Source: Pavona decussata
Lineage: Eukaryota
Assembly: GCA_977016875.1 (NCBI GenBank)
Contig: CDRNST010000031.1
Coordinates: 186,001-250,000, forward strand
DNA: 64,000 nucleotides
Direction: 5' to 3'
The notes under the pieces are model-generated. The model made no database searches. It was not told where the DNA came from and saw nothing but the letters and a program-made list of their open reading frames with translations. Positions 48,322 to 61,463 of this stretch are shown one piece after another. The position numbers and the translations under genes are program-made. The stretch's first letter is position 1, and every line of letters begins with the position of its first letter.

Positions 48322-48344
48322 GTATTCTAGTAACCTATGGCAAT
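48322..48344. promoter_or_regulatory. Overlapping RFX X-box-like sites
   Basis: GTATTCTAGTAAC (reverse complement GTTACTAGAATAC) and GTAACCTATGGCAAT, about 215 bp upstream of ATG 48110. Confidence 0.4.
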
Positions 48345-51300
48345 AACACCAAATTCAATTTGTGGTCTTTATTCAATAAATAAAATATTAGTTATTAATA
48401 AGAGAACAGTTTGAGAAGCACTTGACCAATGGGCCGTTATGATCTTGTTCTTGAGACGCAACCATCAACGGAAGCTCATCTTACTAGTTTCTGAATGCTT
48501 GTTATCAGTGATGAATAATTAAGTTATATTTATCAACGTTTCAGTTTCATGGTCTTCGAAAATGTAATTGTTTTTATTTGAACAAATTGTTTTTATAGGA
48601 CATAGAAACCAAATTTAAAGCGTCTGTTTTTAGTAATTTGTGATAAAATCAAAGCCACAAAATTCAATTATTAATGTGGCCGTTAGAATAACTGATCAAC
48701 AATCTTCTGAAATGACCATTTCCCTCACAATGGCAATTATTTTCCAATAGTTATTGTATGGCGAGGCTGTACTGAGATTTTCTCTTCATACATCAAACAA
48801 AAATGTGACGCTACGAATGATTTCACTCTAATCAATCAATGTTACTATTGGGTAAATTTTATCTTTACTCCAGTAGATACCAAACAGGTGTACCTAATCT
48901 TTGAGGTTTTATTGCGAGGACTAAACGTGTAAACAGAATTGAGCTTTATATTGCAAGGGAGAATAACAAACTATTGGAACATCTAAAAAAATGACAAAAA
49001 TTAATCCTCATACTATAATAACATTACGTGTGTCTCAGTGAGTGAATTGTGTTTGTGTATTTTCTCTTGTGATTTATTTCGTATTGCTGTTATTCTGGCT
49101 TTATTTTAAGTACTAGTATTACGTCGTCTTTCCCTTTCTGTTGCTGTAAAATTGTATTCTTGAATATTTAATAATCACTAAATATTTAATTAAAAAAATC
49201 AAACAGGTTTTCGTGGTTACGAGTCTTCGATTCTTCACGAGAAGGAGTGTCGACAAAACAGCCGTAGGATTAAAAAATAGTCGGTGTTTTTATTAGGTCG
49301 CGTTCGATCGATTGACCAAAACGAGAATCAACGGAAATAAATAAGTAAATTCGGGAAGACGTATCGCAAACTTTAGAGCCATTTTGTACTGATTCGATTC
49401 TAGTAACTCCAAAATCCTCTTATGAACGATCTCTAAAATCATTGTGTGTATTCTTATTATACAGAGTACGGCAAATCGAGTGCACCCTTAACATTCTTTT
49501 GCAAGCAGCTGCGAATTGCAGGTGCATAGATAGTAGGGTGCCGACCGTGCCGCGCGGAGAAATAAAGGAGAGACTGGACTGGAGGGAGAAGGCGAGGCGC
49601 TACTCTCCTCAATCTCTTCTCGTTTTTTTGCCCCCCTCGCAATATTTTTTCTCGACTGCCTTTATTATCCGCGCAGGTCACAATTTTTCTTCGCGGGAAT
49701 ACCGTCCTGGCAATTTAGGTGCTTGATATTCCTCATCAACTTGATCTGTTGTTGATACGCCATTCTACTATCATTTTGGTCGGCGGAAACTTATCAGCGT
49801 TTCTTGAGAATTCTCTTTTTTCTTTCTCTCTTAACTTGTTTGTTTTCATGAATTGTTTTTGTTGCTGTCTCTTGGTGGTGACCATTTTCAGACCTGGTTT
49901 CAAGAATCCATACCCGTTTCTCACCAAAACGACTCAAAAAAAATACATACCCTTTGGTGCCACACGTAGCTATATAGCTTACGTAGGGGAATGCCTACTG
50001 GCGGCCTCAGTGTAGGCCTTATTTGCCAAATCGGCGAGCTCCTTGGGCTCGCCGATTTTTTGTCGCGGCTTCTTTGAAGTTTGGTAAGGTCGGAAAAAAT
50101 TTTGTCAAGGCGAAACACGCCGGTCGCACTCGTCTACAACACTCGTTGACAGTTTTTTTTTGCAAAGTAAACAAAAATTCTGCCTAGTGCGACCGGCCCC
50201 TCTTACTTTTGAAATTCTGTGAAAATTTCTGTCTACTACTATAGGAATTCAAATACAAGCATGTGCATAGGCACCGCACTTGGAATATTTTATACGTCAT
50301 CAGTATATATTCACGGAGTACCAAACTGACTAATAATAAATATGAGTTTGTTAATTTATCAACGTAAATAGTGGTTTTTCAAGTTAATTGCAAAATATTT
50401 GCCTTAAATCTTAAGAACAACAGAGAACATTTTCAACAAATGTTTTAATTATGTTGATAATTTGAAAAATTTCCCAAACAATAATTGGCACGACCTGTTA
50501 TCTCAAGTGGAGTTTGGCCACGGCACTTATAATACTCTAAACAAGTATTGGACAAATTTCCAAAACAGGAGATGACATTCAAAGCCCTTCGCCAAAATAT
50601 ATTAACAATTTTCGCCTGAATCAATACAGTCAGTAAAAACTCGCATATAAGAACCTGCATTTTTCAAGTTACTTGTATAATAGTTTCTTAAACAGTCTCT
50701 TATTTTCTTAAGAATTTTTTTTTTTTGATACTGGAAGAAAATTGGTATACTGTTTGTTGTTTATATAAAATATGCATATAATCTGATCATGTCTAAACTG
50801 ATGACTGCAATATAAACAAATGCAAACCATATTATGAGTTATTTTATTTCTCTCAATGCTTTTATGCCAATATAACATTATGAATTCTATAAAAAAAAAC
50901 GTTTTAAATTTGAGGCTAAAACAGGTTCTTATACGTAAAAGGAGTCTAAATGTAAATCTTTGCCTAACAGGTTTTTATATACTGGTTTTTACTGTAGTTC
51001 AGAAATTAAAGCTTGCAGAACATGAGGGGACCTTGGCCTGACGTTCTAATTACTGTACTTTTTACCAGAGGCTTATGACAACGCGTGATCAATTGACTGA
51101 CTTGAAACAGCGAACAGTGGGTTGCAAAGCACATGCAGGGAATCGGTCAAGCTTAATCTTTATCGACGTCATAATAGAGTCAATAGACATTACAGCTGAT
51201 TGACTGTGATCTGCGCAGCCAGGTCTAAAACTATACGCTAATAGAGAAACAGTGCTTTCCGTTTTTCGACCAGAGATTGGTTGACAAATATACAGAGATT

Positions 51301-53260
51301 TATGCCGCGGCAAACGTTCAGTCGGTTGGCCAGACCTTAATATCGGGACAAAGCACCCAGAGTCCGAATTATAAACTAAATTGGTAATACATTTCAGCTG
51401 AAATTGGTTCATCCTTAATATGAAACTCGTGGTCGATAGAACGAGACTTCAGTTGAACCAACATCAGTCCCTTAAAAGTAATGATGCACCCCCTCAGAAT
51501 GTTTCTGTTAATTACTTTCTGTCGGTGGATTTAAGGGGCAAAGAGGTGTTTACTCAAGCGATTGAGCCAAAATAGAACCTTTTGTTTTGTAAATTATTTT
51601 GTACAAAAAACAGGAAATCATTTGAGGTAAATAAGGATTGAAACTCGTGAGAAAATTGGGCCTTACGCCCAAGCACCGCTTTTCAGTGATCAGGATGAAA
51701 AGGGCTGCAGAGGCCTTTTCCCTGACTGCCGGGGAGTTAAAGACCGATTCATGTCGTAGAGAATATGTGGTTCTATAACTAGCATAAGAATCTATGGATC
51801 AATGCGCATGCCCTACAATACAACCGAAGCTTATCCAGTAACATTTTGCAGTGGTTCTGATTGCATTTGTTTTTCAAGCTTTTTCAAATTAAAATTTTGC
51901 CTCAATTTTGGCCTTCAATGGGATTGGCGTGATAATGAAAGTATTTTGGAAGAAATATATTAATGATGGCTTATAATAATATTGCAGAACTCCGGGCTAT
52001 TTAAAAGGCATCCTTTCCAAAATGCAATATTTACCCTCGGGAACATTTAAGGAAAACAGTTGCCGAAAGGTTCGGTGAATTATTTCGGCGCAAGTACCTA
52101 TATCAGAGTAGCATTTCAAATGTCATACATGGACATATTTCAGGCGAACGAAAAGAATAACTAAAAGAAAACGAAAATAATCATGAGCTGAGTTGTTTAA
52201 TATTCAGGATAGAAACAACATCATTGCCAGCAGCTCTAAAGCAAACATTTGTAGTTAAAACAAGAGCCGTCCATTTCCAATCATTATTGCAAACAAACCA
52301 TTTATCTCAAAATGGCGGCTTTTTACGAACGTGCGACAAATTTTGAACGAGGTTTGGCCAGTTTAGCACAACAAAATGTGTCTCGTTTTGCCTGAATACA
52401 CGATAGACAATTGTGATGCGACCACACACTCAATACTCAAGGCATTGACTTCCAAATAGTCGGCAAATTTAATGAAGAGAGTCATTCCAATTATTTTCTT
52501 TGAAGCAGCCACAATTGATCTTGCCACTCTTCCCCCTTAAAATTTGCAAAGTTGACTTTATATAAGCATAAAAGATAAAAAAAAAATAATTAAAAGGAAC
52601 TTTTCATTACCTAAAGAATCAATTTGTTTTTTATTACAACTATACAAGTGGTTTTTATAGACATATTCACTGGCGGAAAGCCACCTTTCGAAGCGTATGA
52701 TCAGACTCTAGGATACCGACTATGTTTACAAAAATCTTTTTCTTAAACCACATAAAAATATACAGTAAAGATTGGTTGATTAAATCATGAAATTTTCAAA
52801 ATCATTCATTACTCTTATTCTGTTAGAAGAGACCCAAAAAAGATATGACTCATGAGGAATAAATATATCACAACTAAGACATTAACATGTATTAGTTTGG
52901 CATTGACAAATCCGAAAACAACAAGTATGTTTTCGCAGCTGCACATTCAAAAGTTGACATCATCGCACATAAATAGATATGCAAACTGTATAATATTTAA
53001 AATTTCAAAAAAATGAAATTTAAAACATAAAAATTTAGTAAAACGATTGAAAATCAAGCCCACGAAAATATATCTACATGCAATATAACCTCCAAAAATG
53101 GCATACATTAAATTGGTAACTACGAAGTTAAATATGTCCAGTGTTTTTTTTACATTTGCATGATTTTCTACACCAAAATAGTGAAGCTAATATAAATTTC
53201 ACCTAAAAGGACGCTGGATGCATAATTTATGCATTGAAAATAATTTCTGACGAACTCGAA

Positions 53261-54409
53261 CTAATGTACATATTTTTCTATGAATCCCGACAAAATGTTT
53301 CTTTTCGTCTTCCCTTCTCTTCGCGCTCCGCTCGCACTTCCTTGTTTTTGCGCACATAAACCTTTGTCCTGATCTGTTGCAATGGATCCAGCTTGCTCTG
53401 AACGCCGCATCGCGCTTGATGTTTCATTAGCGGCACTTGAGGAACTCCAACTTTCAGGCAATGGGAATCTATTGCTGCTTGAAATTGGCGGTCGAGACAG
53501 CGATTGAGTTTTAGGATAGCGCTGCTCTTCGCCGCGCGGAGAAATATAATACGACTCATTCTCGCCAAAGGTTACGGTCTTCCGTCTTAAAGGATCTCGG
53601 CGATTTCTCTGTTGCCTGCGATATCTCGCTGTATACGCTGCATCCTCGGCGCCTACAGCGGCGTTTTCTAATTTCTCGCTGTATTCATGTCGTGTCCCCG
53701 TGAAAGAGTTACTTTTCATTACCGTAGCGTGTGGAACTACAGGTTCAACTCGCCGAGCGTAAATAACCTCTTCCCTGTCAGCTCTTTGGTACCGATTAGA
53801 ATCGCTTCCATAATAATCCGCGGTTTGTTCCTGATTGTTCCAACTTGTGGTTTTGTAGTATCTGTTCGGATATCTAGAGTCTAAACCACTATCATGGCTG
53901 AAAGCAGAGTCCTCTGACACACCAGAATCAGTTGATGTACTCGATATAGAGTAACGCCAACCCGGTACGTTTTTAAAGCCATAACTCTCTTGATCCCAAC
54001 CTGGCGCGACACAGCATTTCTGTTTAAAACTCTCCGATAGCATTGCTTGCGAAAGCAACGCTCTAACTTGTTCATTCTTAGCAACATCGACCGCTTTCTG
54101 GCCGGAGCTGTTTCTTGCGTTAACATCAGCGCAAGCGGAGTTTACAAGCAAGCTGACAATATTCAAATGACCTTGTTCAGAGGCAAGATGAAGGGCGGAC
54201 CGGCCATCTGAATCCACTACTTTTAAGTCCGCGCCACGCTCGAGTAGAAAATTAGCCAAACTCAAGTTGCCATCAATACACGCTTGCTGTAGAGCTGTAA
54301 GCCCATACTTGTTCGGTTGATTCACTCGTATTCCTTGTCCATACTTAAGAATAAACTTGACTTTGGTCGTATCGCCATCCAATACGGCTTGATGAAACAC
54401 TGCACTCAT
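53261..54409 (-). CDS. Ankyrin-repeat protein (NRARP/PPP1R27/MYPT-like N-terminal 3-4 repeats) with a disordered tail, 382 aa
   Basis: Ankyrin repeats GLTALQQACIDGNL...LLERGAD and DGRSALHLASEQGHLNIVSLLV. Putative 5'UTR intron 54458-54694 and a CCAAT box at about 54913. Tail motifs DSGVS, HDSGLDS, RKTVTF. Confidence 0.9.
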   Translation of the reverse strand: MSAVFHQAVLDGDTTKVKFILKYGQGIRVNQPNKYGLTALQQACIDGNLSLANFLLERGADLKVVDSDGRSALHLASEQGHLNIVSLLVNSACADVNARNSSGQKAVDVAKNEQVRALLSQAMLSESFKQKCCVAPGWDQESYGFKNVPGWRYSISSTSTDSGVSEDSAFSHDSGLDSRYPNRYYKTTSWNNQEQTADYYGSDSNRYQRADREEVIYARRVEPVVPHATVMKSNSFTGTRHEYSEKLENAAVGAEDAAYTARYRRQQRNRRDPLRRKTVTFGENESYYISPRGEEQRYPKTQSLSRPPISSSNRFPLPESWSSSSAANETSSAMRRSEQAGSIATDQDKGLCAQKQGSASGARREGKTKRNILSGFIEKYVH

Positions 54410-57400
54410 GATATCTGAGGCAACATTAAGTTCCTGGCGCGATTACAATTCGTGCTCCTGAAAGAGTGGACACAAATACATTGATTAACCACGAGGCAAT
54501 TTCACTTTCTGAACCTAAAGTATTTCGTAACATTCTCTAAAATGTTTTCTTTGAAAACAGAACAAAGAAGGGTATTTAGAATATTCGCCACAAAAATTAA
54601 TTAACGGTAGACAACTCTAGAAATTCAAAAAGAGAGTTGGTTTACAGACAGTGACGCCACCGCTTAACTGAATAACATGAGCGATTCCGCTTACCCGCGA
54701 AGATTTCCGACAAGTCTTTGAAGCAAAAATGCTAAGCCTCTCGTGCTGTTGCACCCACCTAAAATGAGGTATTCTCCGACTGGGGCTGCTTTCCACGAAA
54801 TTTAGTGAAGCGAATCGCTAAAACCCGCAGGGAGGAATCAAATTTACATGTATTTTTTCCGGAAGCGCTCGGGCGCGTGTGATACGTCCATAGGCCACGT
54901 AACTCTCGCTCTGATTGGCCGAGTTCTGGCCTAGTCGAGTTACTATCTTCTGTTTATGTAATGCGGTTTATTGTTTTCGTTTCGAAACAACGGGTGGCAA
55001 GATTTCATCAACACTTCGAACCGATCTGAAAGGATCATTTCAAGGTCATTTAAAAACTTAAAATTCAGAAGGGCGGAATGGGGTTTGATAGCAAAGAAAC
55101 GGTCAATATTTTTAATCACCAGCGAGAAAGAGATATCATTTCACTGACCCCAGTTTTTCAAAGAGCGGATAACCTTATCCAGCGAATAAAATGTATTGGT
55201 TGGAGTACATTCAGTATCCACTGGATAGCGCGCCTGACAGATAAGAAGTATCATGAACAAATGTCAAAAAGGATCGTGAAAATATGAGTGAAATTTATTA
55301 CAATTTTAGCCTCATTTTGACAACTGCTGCGACCATTTTACGGAATAAATTGCGGTCATTTTTATTTAATTATACGTTTTACCTATGCCTCCCTCCCAGC
55401 CCATCAGCCCTCCCCTACCCCATACAGATACAGGTAACACAGGTATAGTCTGTTTTTCTTCTCCTGCAGAGGAGACCTGTTGAGATCCAATTAGTATTCA
55501 ACTTGCGCAAAAATATTAAAAAGACAAAACGAACTGCGTGTGTGTTTCTGCTTTTGGAAGTCGTGCGTCATGAGTTATTTGATCTGCTCTTACAGTTTCT
55601 GAAGAGTGTACACATGGTAAGGAGCCAAAGTTTATTTTATTCCATGTTTTTAATTTCTCTATTTTCAGTTTTGACGCCCTTTGTCTCACAGGAGGGTGAT
55701 TCTGTTTGGCGTCCAAAGAGCTTTTAGCGTTGTTATAGAAAACAAAACAGCCCGGTTGGAGACCTACACAATGACCTGACACACTATTTTTTAGGTTCCA
55801 ATTTTAGATTGGATAAAATTGTTTTCATTTTCTAAAACAAAACAGATCAAATTAGCTATTGAACTGAAACCGCTCTATGGCCTTCACAAAATAGGTTAGA
55901 AAACCCCTAATTTTTTTTTCCCACGCACCCAACATTTATTTATCAGAACCAAAAGTTTACACAAGCTAAAAGCGTAAGATCAGATGTATAAATATTGTCA
56001 AAACTTTCGTATTTTAATATCAAACATGTTTGTCGACTTCTTTGTCTAATTATTTGAACCGATTTAAACCCACTTGGGCAGACCGGAAATGACGCAAGGC
56101 TAGTAGCGCGGGAAAGAGCTAGAGAAGTCCTTGACTAGCGGAAGTCATTGGCAGTTCAGGTCTTGAGGAAGTGAGAGCCGAAGTTTTAGCCATTTGAAAA
56201 GTTCGGCGTTGAACGTTCTGAACTACATTTCAAAGTAAATTCACTTCACTTTCACTTTATTTATTTTTGCCACTTTTCTTACTTACATCAATTGAATCTA
56301 CAGTTACTTATCAGTAGCAGGATGATCTCAGCAGGCTTGTAAGAGCTTTTCAGGGGAGATCACCCTTGGAAACGGACCTTTTATCATTTCAGTCTTTCAC
56401 TCTGGTGGAGAAAAAAAGACTGCAAAACTCAGTCTCGTCATCTGCATGATGCAGAAAAGTTGGAAATAGTGTTAGGCAAGTATGCCGTCTTTCTTACAAC
56501 GGAACGTTCATTATCGGCGACGCATTGGAAGGCAGATATGATCATCAATGCACAAAAAGCCGGAACAAAAGTTCTTAGATCAGGAGATATATTGAGTGCC
56601 GACATTTTTCTGTACTGAGTGCCTCGAGTGTGTGGGAGATAAACTGATAACCTGGCACACGGTTCAGACTTTGGGTTCCCGATGGAAATGCTATCACTGA
56701 TCGATTTCGTGTCAAATCACGATCAAATTTTCTCCATACATTCAAAACGGCAGGAAACGACATGACTGATACGAAATGGCTTATCAGGTTCGCAATTTAC
56801 ACGCTCAAAAGTACATGGAAAGGGAGTTTCCAAGTTTGGCGAAGAAGTTCACCTAGCAAAATTCTACCTCTAACCAGCATTACAGGCATTGCAACCGAAG
56901 TCAGTGGGCCTGTCAAGCTAGCTAAATTCTGCTGTCTCTTCTGTTGGTTCATTCTAATCAAAAATAAGATTATTTAAAAAAGTATACTTTTATCTGACCT
57001 TCAAACGATGCGTTAGTGCGACCGAAACGAAGTTTTCAGAGTTTTGATCTGCGCAACATCACACTGAGTGTCTCTGCAGAAGCTGCAGTCGATCAATTAA
57101 TTCCATGGATCTCAATGGCCGCAAAAATCAGTCTGGTGCATTCCTTGTATGGCGGGCTATTTCTCAAGTCCCTAACGCATAATGGTGACGCTCTGCCCTT
57201 CTGATGCATCAAGAGTGACTCGACGCAATATTAACTGGATACATCGTCAACGTTTGCGTCACAAACAAATCGACTGAATTTTCCGGTACTGAATTAAAAA
57301 CTGCGTCGGCTCTAACTTGTTACCCTCAAGTAAAAACGTTCTTTGTTTGATCATTTAGTAGGTTTTTGTTATGTGCGTTAATTGTTTCTAAGACGTTATT

Positions 57401-59145
57401 GTCTTAAACGAAATTGAGTCTTACTTCCCCACGTGAAAGGTATGTAACAGAGAGGCACAATCTGGGCACCTTTGTTTGGGGTCGGGAATTGCAAAGAAAA
57501 TGATTGTTCCAACCGAACCAGTGCCTGTCTACCATCGCACGCGAAAGCTTTTTAAAACCGAGAGAAGATTATCGCTATAGGGCGCACCTGCTTGGTATAA
57601 ATAGAAAATGTGCCACGACAATGGAATTAAAAAGTGTTTCAAGCAAAGACAAAGCCGATATGTCGATGTTGTTCGGGACAAGAAAACCTCAAAAGCGCAA
57701 CCTCAAAAGCTAACAATTGAAAAGTGTATCACGAACCTCCTAGCAAATAGCCGACTACAATAAAAGAGTAATCATATCCCTCGAACCGCAAGACAAAGAA
57801 AGATTTAAGGCAAGAGAGTGTCTAGTGAATTCTGGGTGCTTCAGTCAGAAAATAAAGATTCAACCCGCCTTTTAGCCTTCCGCCAACATGCATAAGGCGA
57901 TAAAAGCTACCTGCGGTTTCCACCGAAACGGATGTTTTCAAGATCGTCTGACAACGGCGGATATTTTTCATGACTTTAACACACCAAGTTGATAAATTTA
58001 TATGAGCTTATTCGTTTTCCGATTACTCGTTTACATATCGGACATTGTTAAATCAGCAAGATTTTAAAAGAATTGCTCGATTGTAATAGAACGACTAGAT
58101 TAAAAATAATAGATTTTGTAATTTGCTTTATAACCTGATTCGACCAGTCTATCCATGGGTTTATTCTTGCCAGGGAGCCTAGATATATTACCACAATCCA
58201 AGAAACGAAAACAAGACGAAAATAACATAGCGCTCCCTTTGCAGTTTAAGGTTACGACGTTCATAGCGTTGGCAATACATTGCGCTTTTCGATACTATCA
58301 GGCTTGTTGTATTAAATATTGTACTTACTTTTAGACCTTCAAAAGCCGGTTGTAAGATTCCCAGATTCAGTCAGCTCTATCCTACTGCCATACATCGCAC
58401 ACAAGGAGCAAATAGCACAAAGGCCTCGAGCGATACTAGCTACACAAGGCACTGAACAGGTGTTGGCACTGACTATACATCAGTGAAGCAAATTAATGCA
58501 CAAGAACTAAAGCCGGACATTTCTTGCTTTAATATTGAACGGTTTTGGGTGAAAAGTATTTATCGATATTGGGTGACGATAGGCGAAGGTCATTCATGAA
58601 ATTAGAGAGTTTTTAGGTCACGGCTATTTAAGGCAATTCAAGCATAGGCAAGGTAGTGTCACGTGAAAGCATGAGACCATAAAATCATCCATAAAAGGTT
58701 GACTGAAGCAGAAATAACTAAATAAGAATAGAAATCGAGAAGCTGCAGACTTGGTAAGGTTTATCCTGAACAATGATGCGATACTGACAATGTCTGAAAA
58801 AGGAAACTTTTTTTGTCGGGCAACAGATCCGATTTGCATTAAAGCCTGCTGTAGTTTTTAATCGATGTTGGTTACTGTATATAGTTGGAATTCATTGTTC
58901 AATAAACATTCCATTCAAATCGTTAAGTTAAGAGTTAACGAAGATAAAACTGGCGTCCCGTCAGTTCCAGTCTTGTGCGATACCTATTTTTAAAGCAATT
59001 CACTGATCCTAGTTAATCAAGCAAAAGTTCAGTTAACTTGTGACAACAGCCTGACCAGACGGACGCGGCGGGGCTAACTCGACCACGTGCGCTTTTAAAA
59101 CTTTGAAGTGGACACGCTATCCTTCTGAAAATCCTCTCTTCTGTA

Positions 59146-59380
59146 CCCGGAGGGGGGGGGGGGGAGGGGCTTACTCCATTTTTGGTCGGGGTGTACGATT
59201 TGGTTCTCCAAACTCTGACCCTATTTCAGACCAAAACCCATTTTTAAGACCAGGTTTCTAGAATCTATACCTGCTTCTTTAAGACCTATACCCATTTTCA
59301 GACCTGAAACAGCTCAAAAACCATATCCTTTGGCCCCGCACACATAGGGAACTACCCCCACCACCCCCCCCCCCCCCCCG
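59146..59380. repeat. MITE-like repeat with poly-G/poly-C termini
   Basis: CCCGG(G)n...TACTCC ... GGAACTACCCC termini with internal TTTCAGACC repeats. A related fragment lies at about 49880-49995. Confidence 0.6.
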
Positions 59381-59524
59381 TTCGTGTATAAGTACTGCAG
59401 CTTAAAAAGGCGTCCAAGGTAAAAGAATATTGTACTCACTTTGTGACTTGAGCTGTCGAAACTGATTCGTAACTTTCTTACGAACTGTTTCAGGCACCTG
59501 CTAGACAATTGTTCCTGTTTCGAT

Positions 59525-61463
59525 CAGTCCGGCACAGTTATCAAATTTGATAACCGCGTGACGTCACAACATGGCGCCAGCTCAGAGCTCGGTGAGTTTT
59601 CGGAGAGCGTTCAATAGTTTCGGTAATTTTTCGGTTGTGCTCGCGTTCCATACCCAGAATTCCAGGCCTGAACGTCGATAGAACAATAAACTTCAAGGCC
59701 CTGCAAAAATGGAGACCATCGGGAAAGAATTATGCGAGATCTTCCCTTGCGATTTGAAGAGGTGGTACGAAATGACAGTCCTTTTCAGGTATGTTTATTG
59801 TCTTTGCCATCAATTTTTAGGTAGTTGTAAATTTTTGTGGTACACGAAGAAAAAATGTCGTGATCTTCATTAATATATCTTTCGATTCAACACTTATTTG
59901 TCGGAGGGCATGAAGAATTGTAAGAGGGCACTATGATATTTTGATTCCGCCACTGACCGCCATTGTTAATTACTTGTGCTTCTAGGATGACTAGAAATGA
60001 AGGCAGCATGATGGATTTCCACCGAGAGAAAATAGCTACTTAACCTTTGGAAACAGGGATTCGTTTTAACTTACAATGCGAGTTGCCCTCGGTGGAATAA
60101 ATACCGGAGGAATCTTGATGTCCAAGAGCGCCAAGAAACTGAAAGCGTGTACGTTGAGAGATGTTGCAGGCAGAGTACCATACTTTCTCAATAAAGAGAA
60201 AAAGGAGCTCATGGACTGCGGGAAAGTCTAGTGATGAAGGGTAGGATTTCAAAATTAAGACGGGTATCCAGGAACGATTTTGATAAACAACTCAGTCGAA
60301 AATTATCGAACGCTTTGTTCCGGAAATGCCTCTTTGGCAATTACATGTCTTTGTCTTGTTTAGTATCGTTACTAATATGACCGGATACGAACGGAAATAA
60401 TTCGTATTTTTCTAGGTGGTACATTTAAGCTTACATTTACATGACTGTAATATTTTTATTTCTGTTCTCGTCGTTAGATTAATAACCAGCCAGCCGACAG
60501 TAACCACAGCGAGTGATTTCAGAGCTCGGTGATGAACATGAAGTTGACATGCCGGATGTTGAGGTATGCCTTCACAGTACGATTTTACGAATTTCCCAAA
60601 ATGTAATTATCCTTTACAAATTTATGCTTGGTGTTTTAAGCCCGTGTAATGCCAGACTCACAACAGTTCGAGCTTTGAGCCACAGCAAACAACCTCAATA
60701 CGCCCTTTCAAGAACAATTTAAACGGGACTTGGCCGTTGCACTTCTATTTTATTTTTTTATTTTACTTCAGTTGCAGTACGTCGCTTCAATTATCTAGGA
60801 CAGATCGAAGCGACTCAACACACGTCGCTACTCAATCGAATCATCACCTCCTGCACTTTCGAAATCCCTGGTACAAGAAACGGAAACAAAATTTATTTGA
60901 AGTCCCATTTTAAAAGTTAGTTATAACGCAAAATTTCTTCATTTCTTCATTCATACAGATTGACGAAGGACAAGAAGGAGAGGAGCAAGGCAACAAGACG
61001 TTCAAATCATGTTAATATTTCTGCAATAAACAAGCATCTTTGATGGAAGTTATTTTCTTGGGATTAGTGTTTCTTTTTGATCGGCTATCGCTTAGGAATT
61101 CTGTTCTTTAGCCAAAGCCGCTCGAGGTTTCCTCCGTCCACCACGACGCTATGAGGCTTTCGATAGATATCAAAATGAGCTTTGTCAGTTAATTATGGAC
61201 AAAGATTGTTTCGTATTTTCCTGATGTCAGGCCAAAATTCCTATTCTAAACCTTTCCTTGCGTACAATTCACTGTGCGACCGAAATCGAATGTTGAATTA
61301 GAGCCCCATTAAAGACATTAAAATGTTTTCATATTGAAATGGCCAGCATATTGAAAGAAGATGGTTACTACGATAACATGTCACGTGAACTGTAACTTGA
61401 GGTTTGATTGGCTAATAGTTTGTTTTGGTTCCGGTTATCAAATTTGATAACTGTGCCGGACTG
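59525..61463. mobile_element. Non-autonomous DNA transposon, 1939 bp, with perfect 32-bp TIRs and a 5-bp TSD
   Basis: TIR CAGTCCGGCACAGTTATCAAATTTGATAACCG at 59525-59556 and its exact reverse complement at 61432-61463. TCGAT flanks both ends (59520-59524, 61464-61468). Confidence 0.9.
59571..61016 (+). pseudogene. Decayed multi-exon cargo gene inside the TIR element
   Basis: caacATGGCG start with donor gtgagt at 59592. Further exon-like blocks at about 59658-59787, 59986-60240, 60478-60563, 60773-60870 and 60959-61016 have GT/AG borders. In-frame stops are present, e.g. TAG in NSRPERR*NNKLQGPAKMETIGKELCEIF. Confidence 0.5.

Noticed and set aside
53261-54409. Calling the ankyrin gene NRARP or IkB
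   Set aside because: NRARP lacks a long tail, and IkB has about 6 repeats with an N-terminal degron; orthology cannot be set without a phylogeny.
56420-57200. Protein-like fragments on both strands
   Set aside because: Multiple stops and no family I can recognise; it may be a TE relic but I cannot support a call.
59532-59540. RSS heptamer-like CACAGT inside the TIR, suggesting a RAG transposon
   Set aside because: It is not at the element terminus, there is no nonamer or 12/23 asymmetry, and no RAG-like ORF is present.
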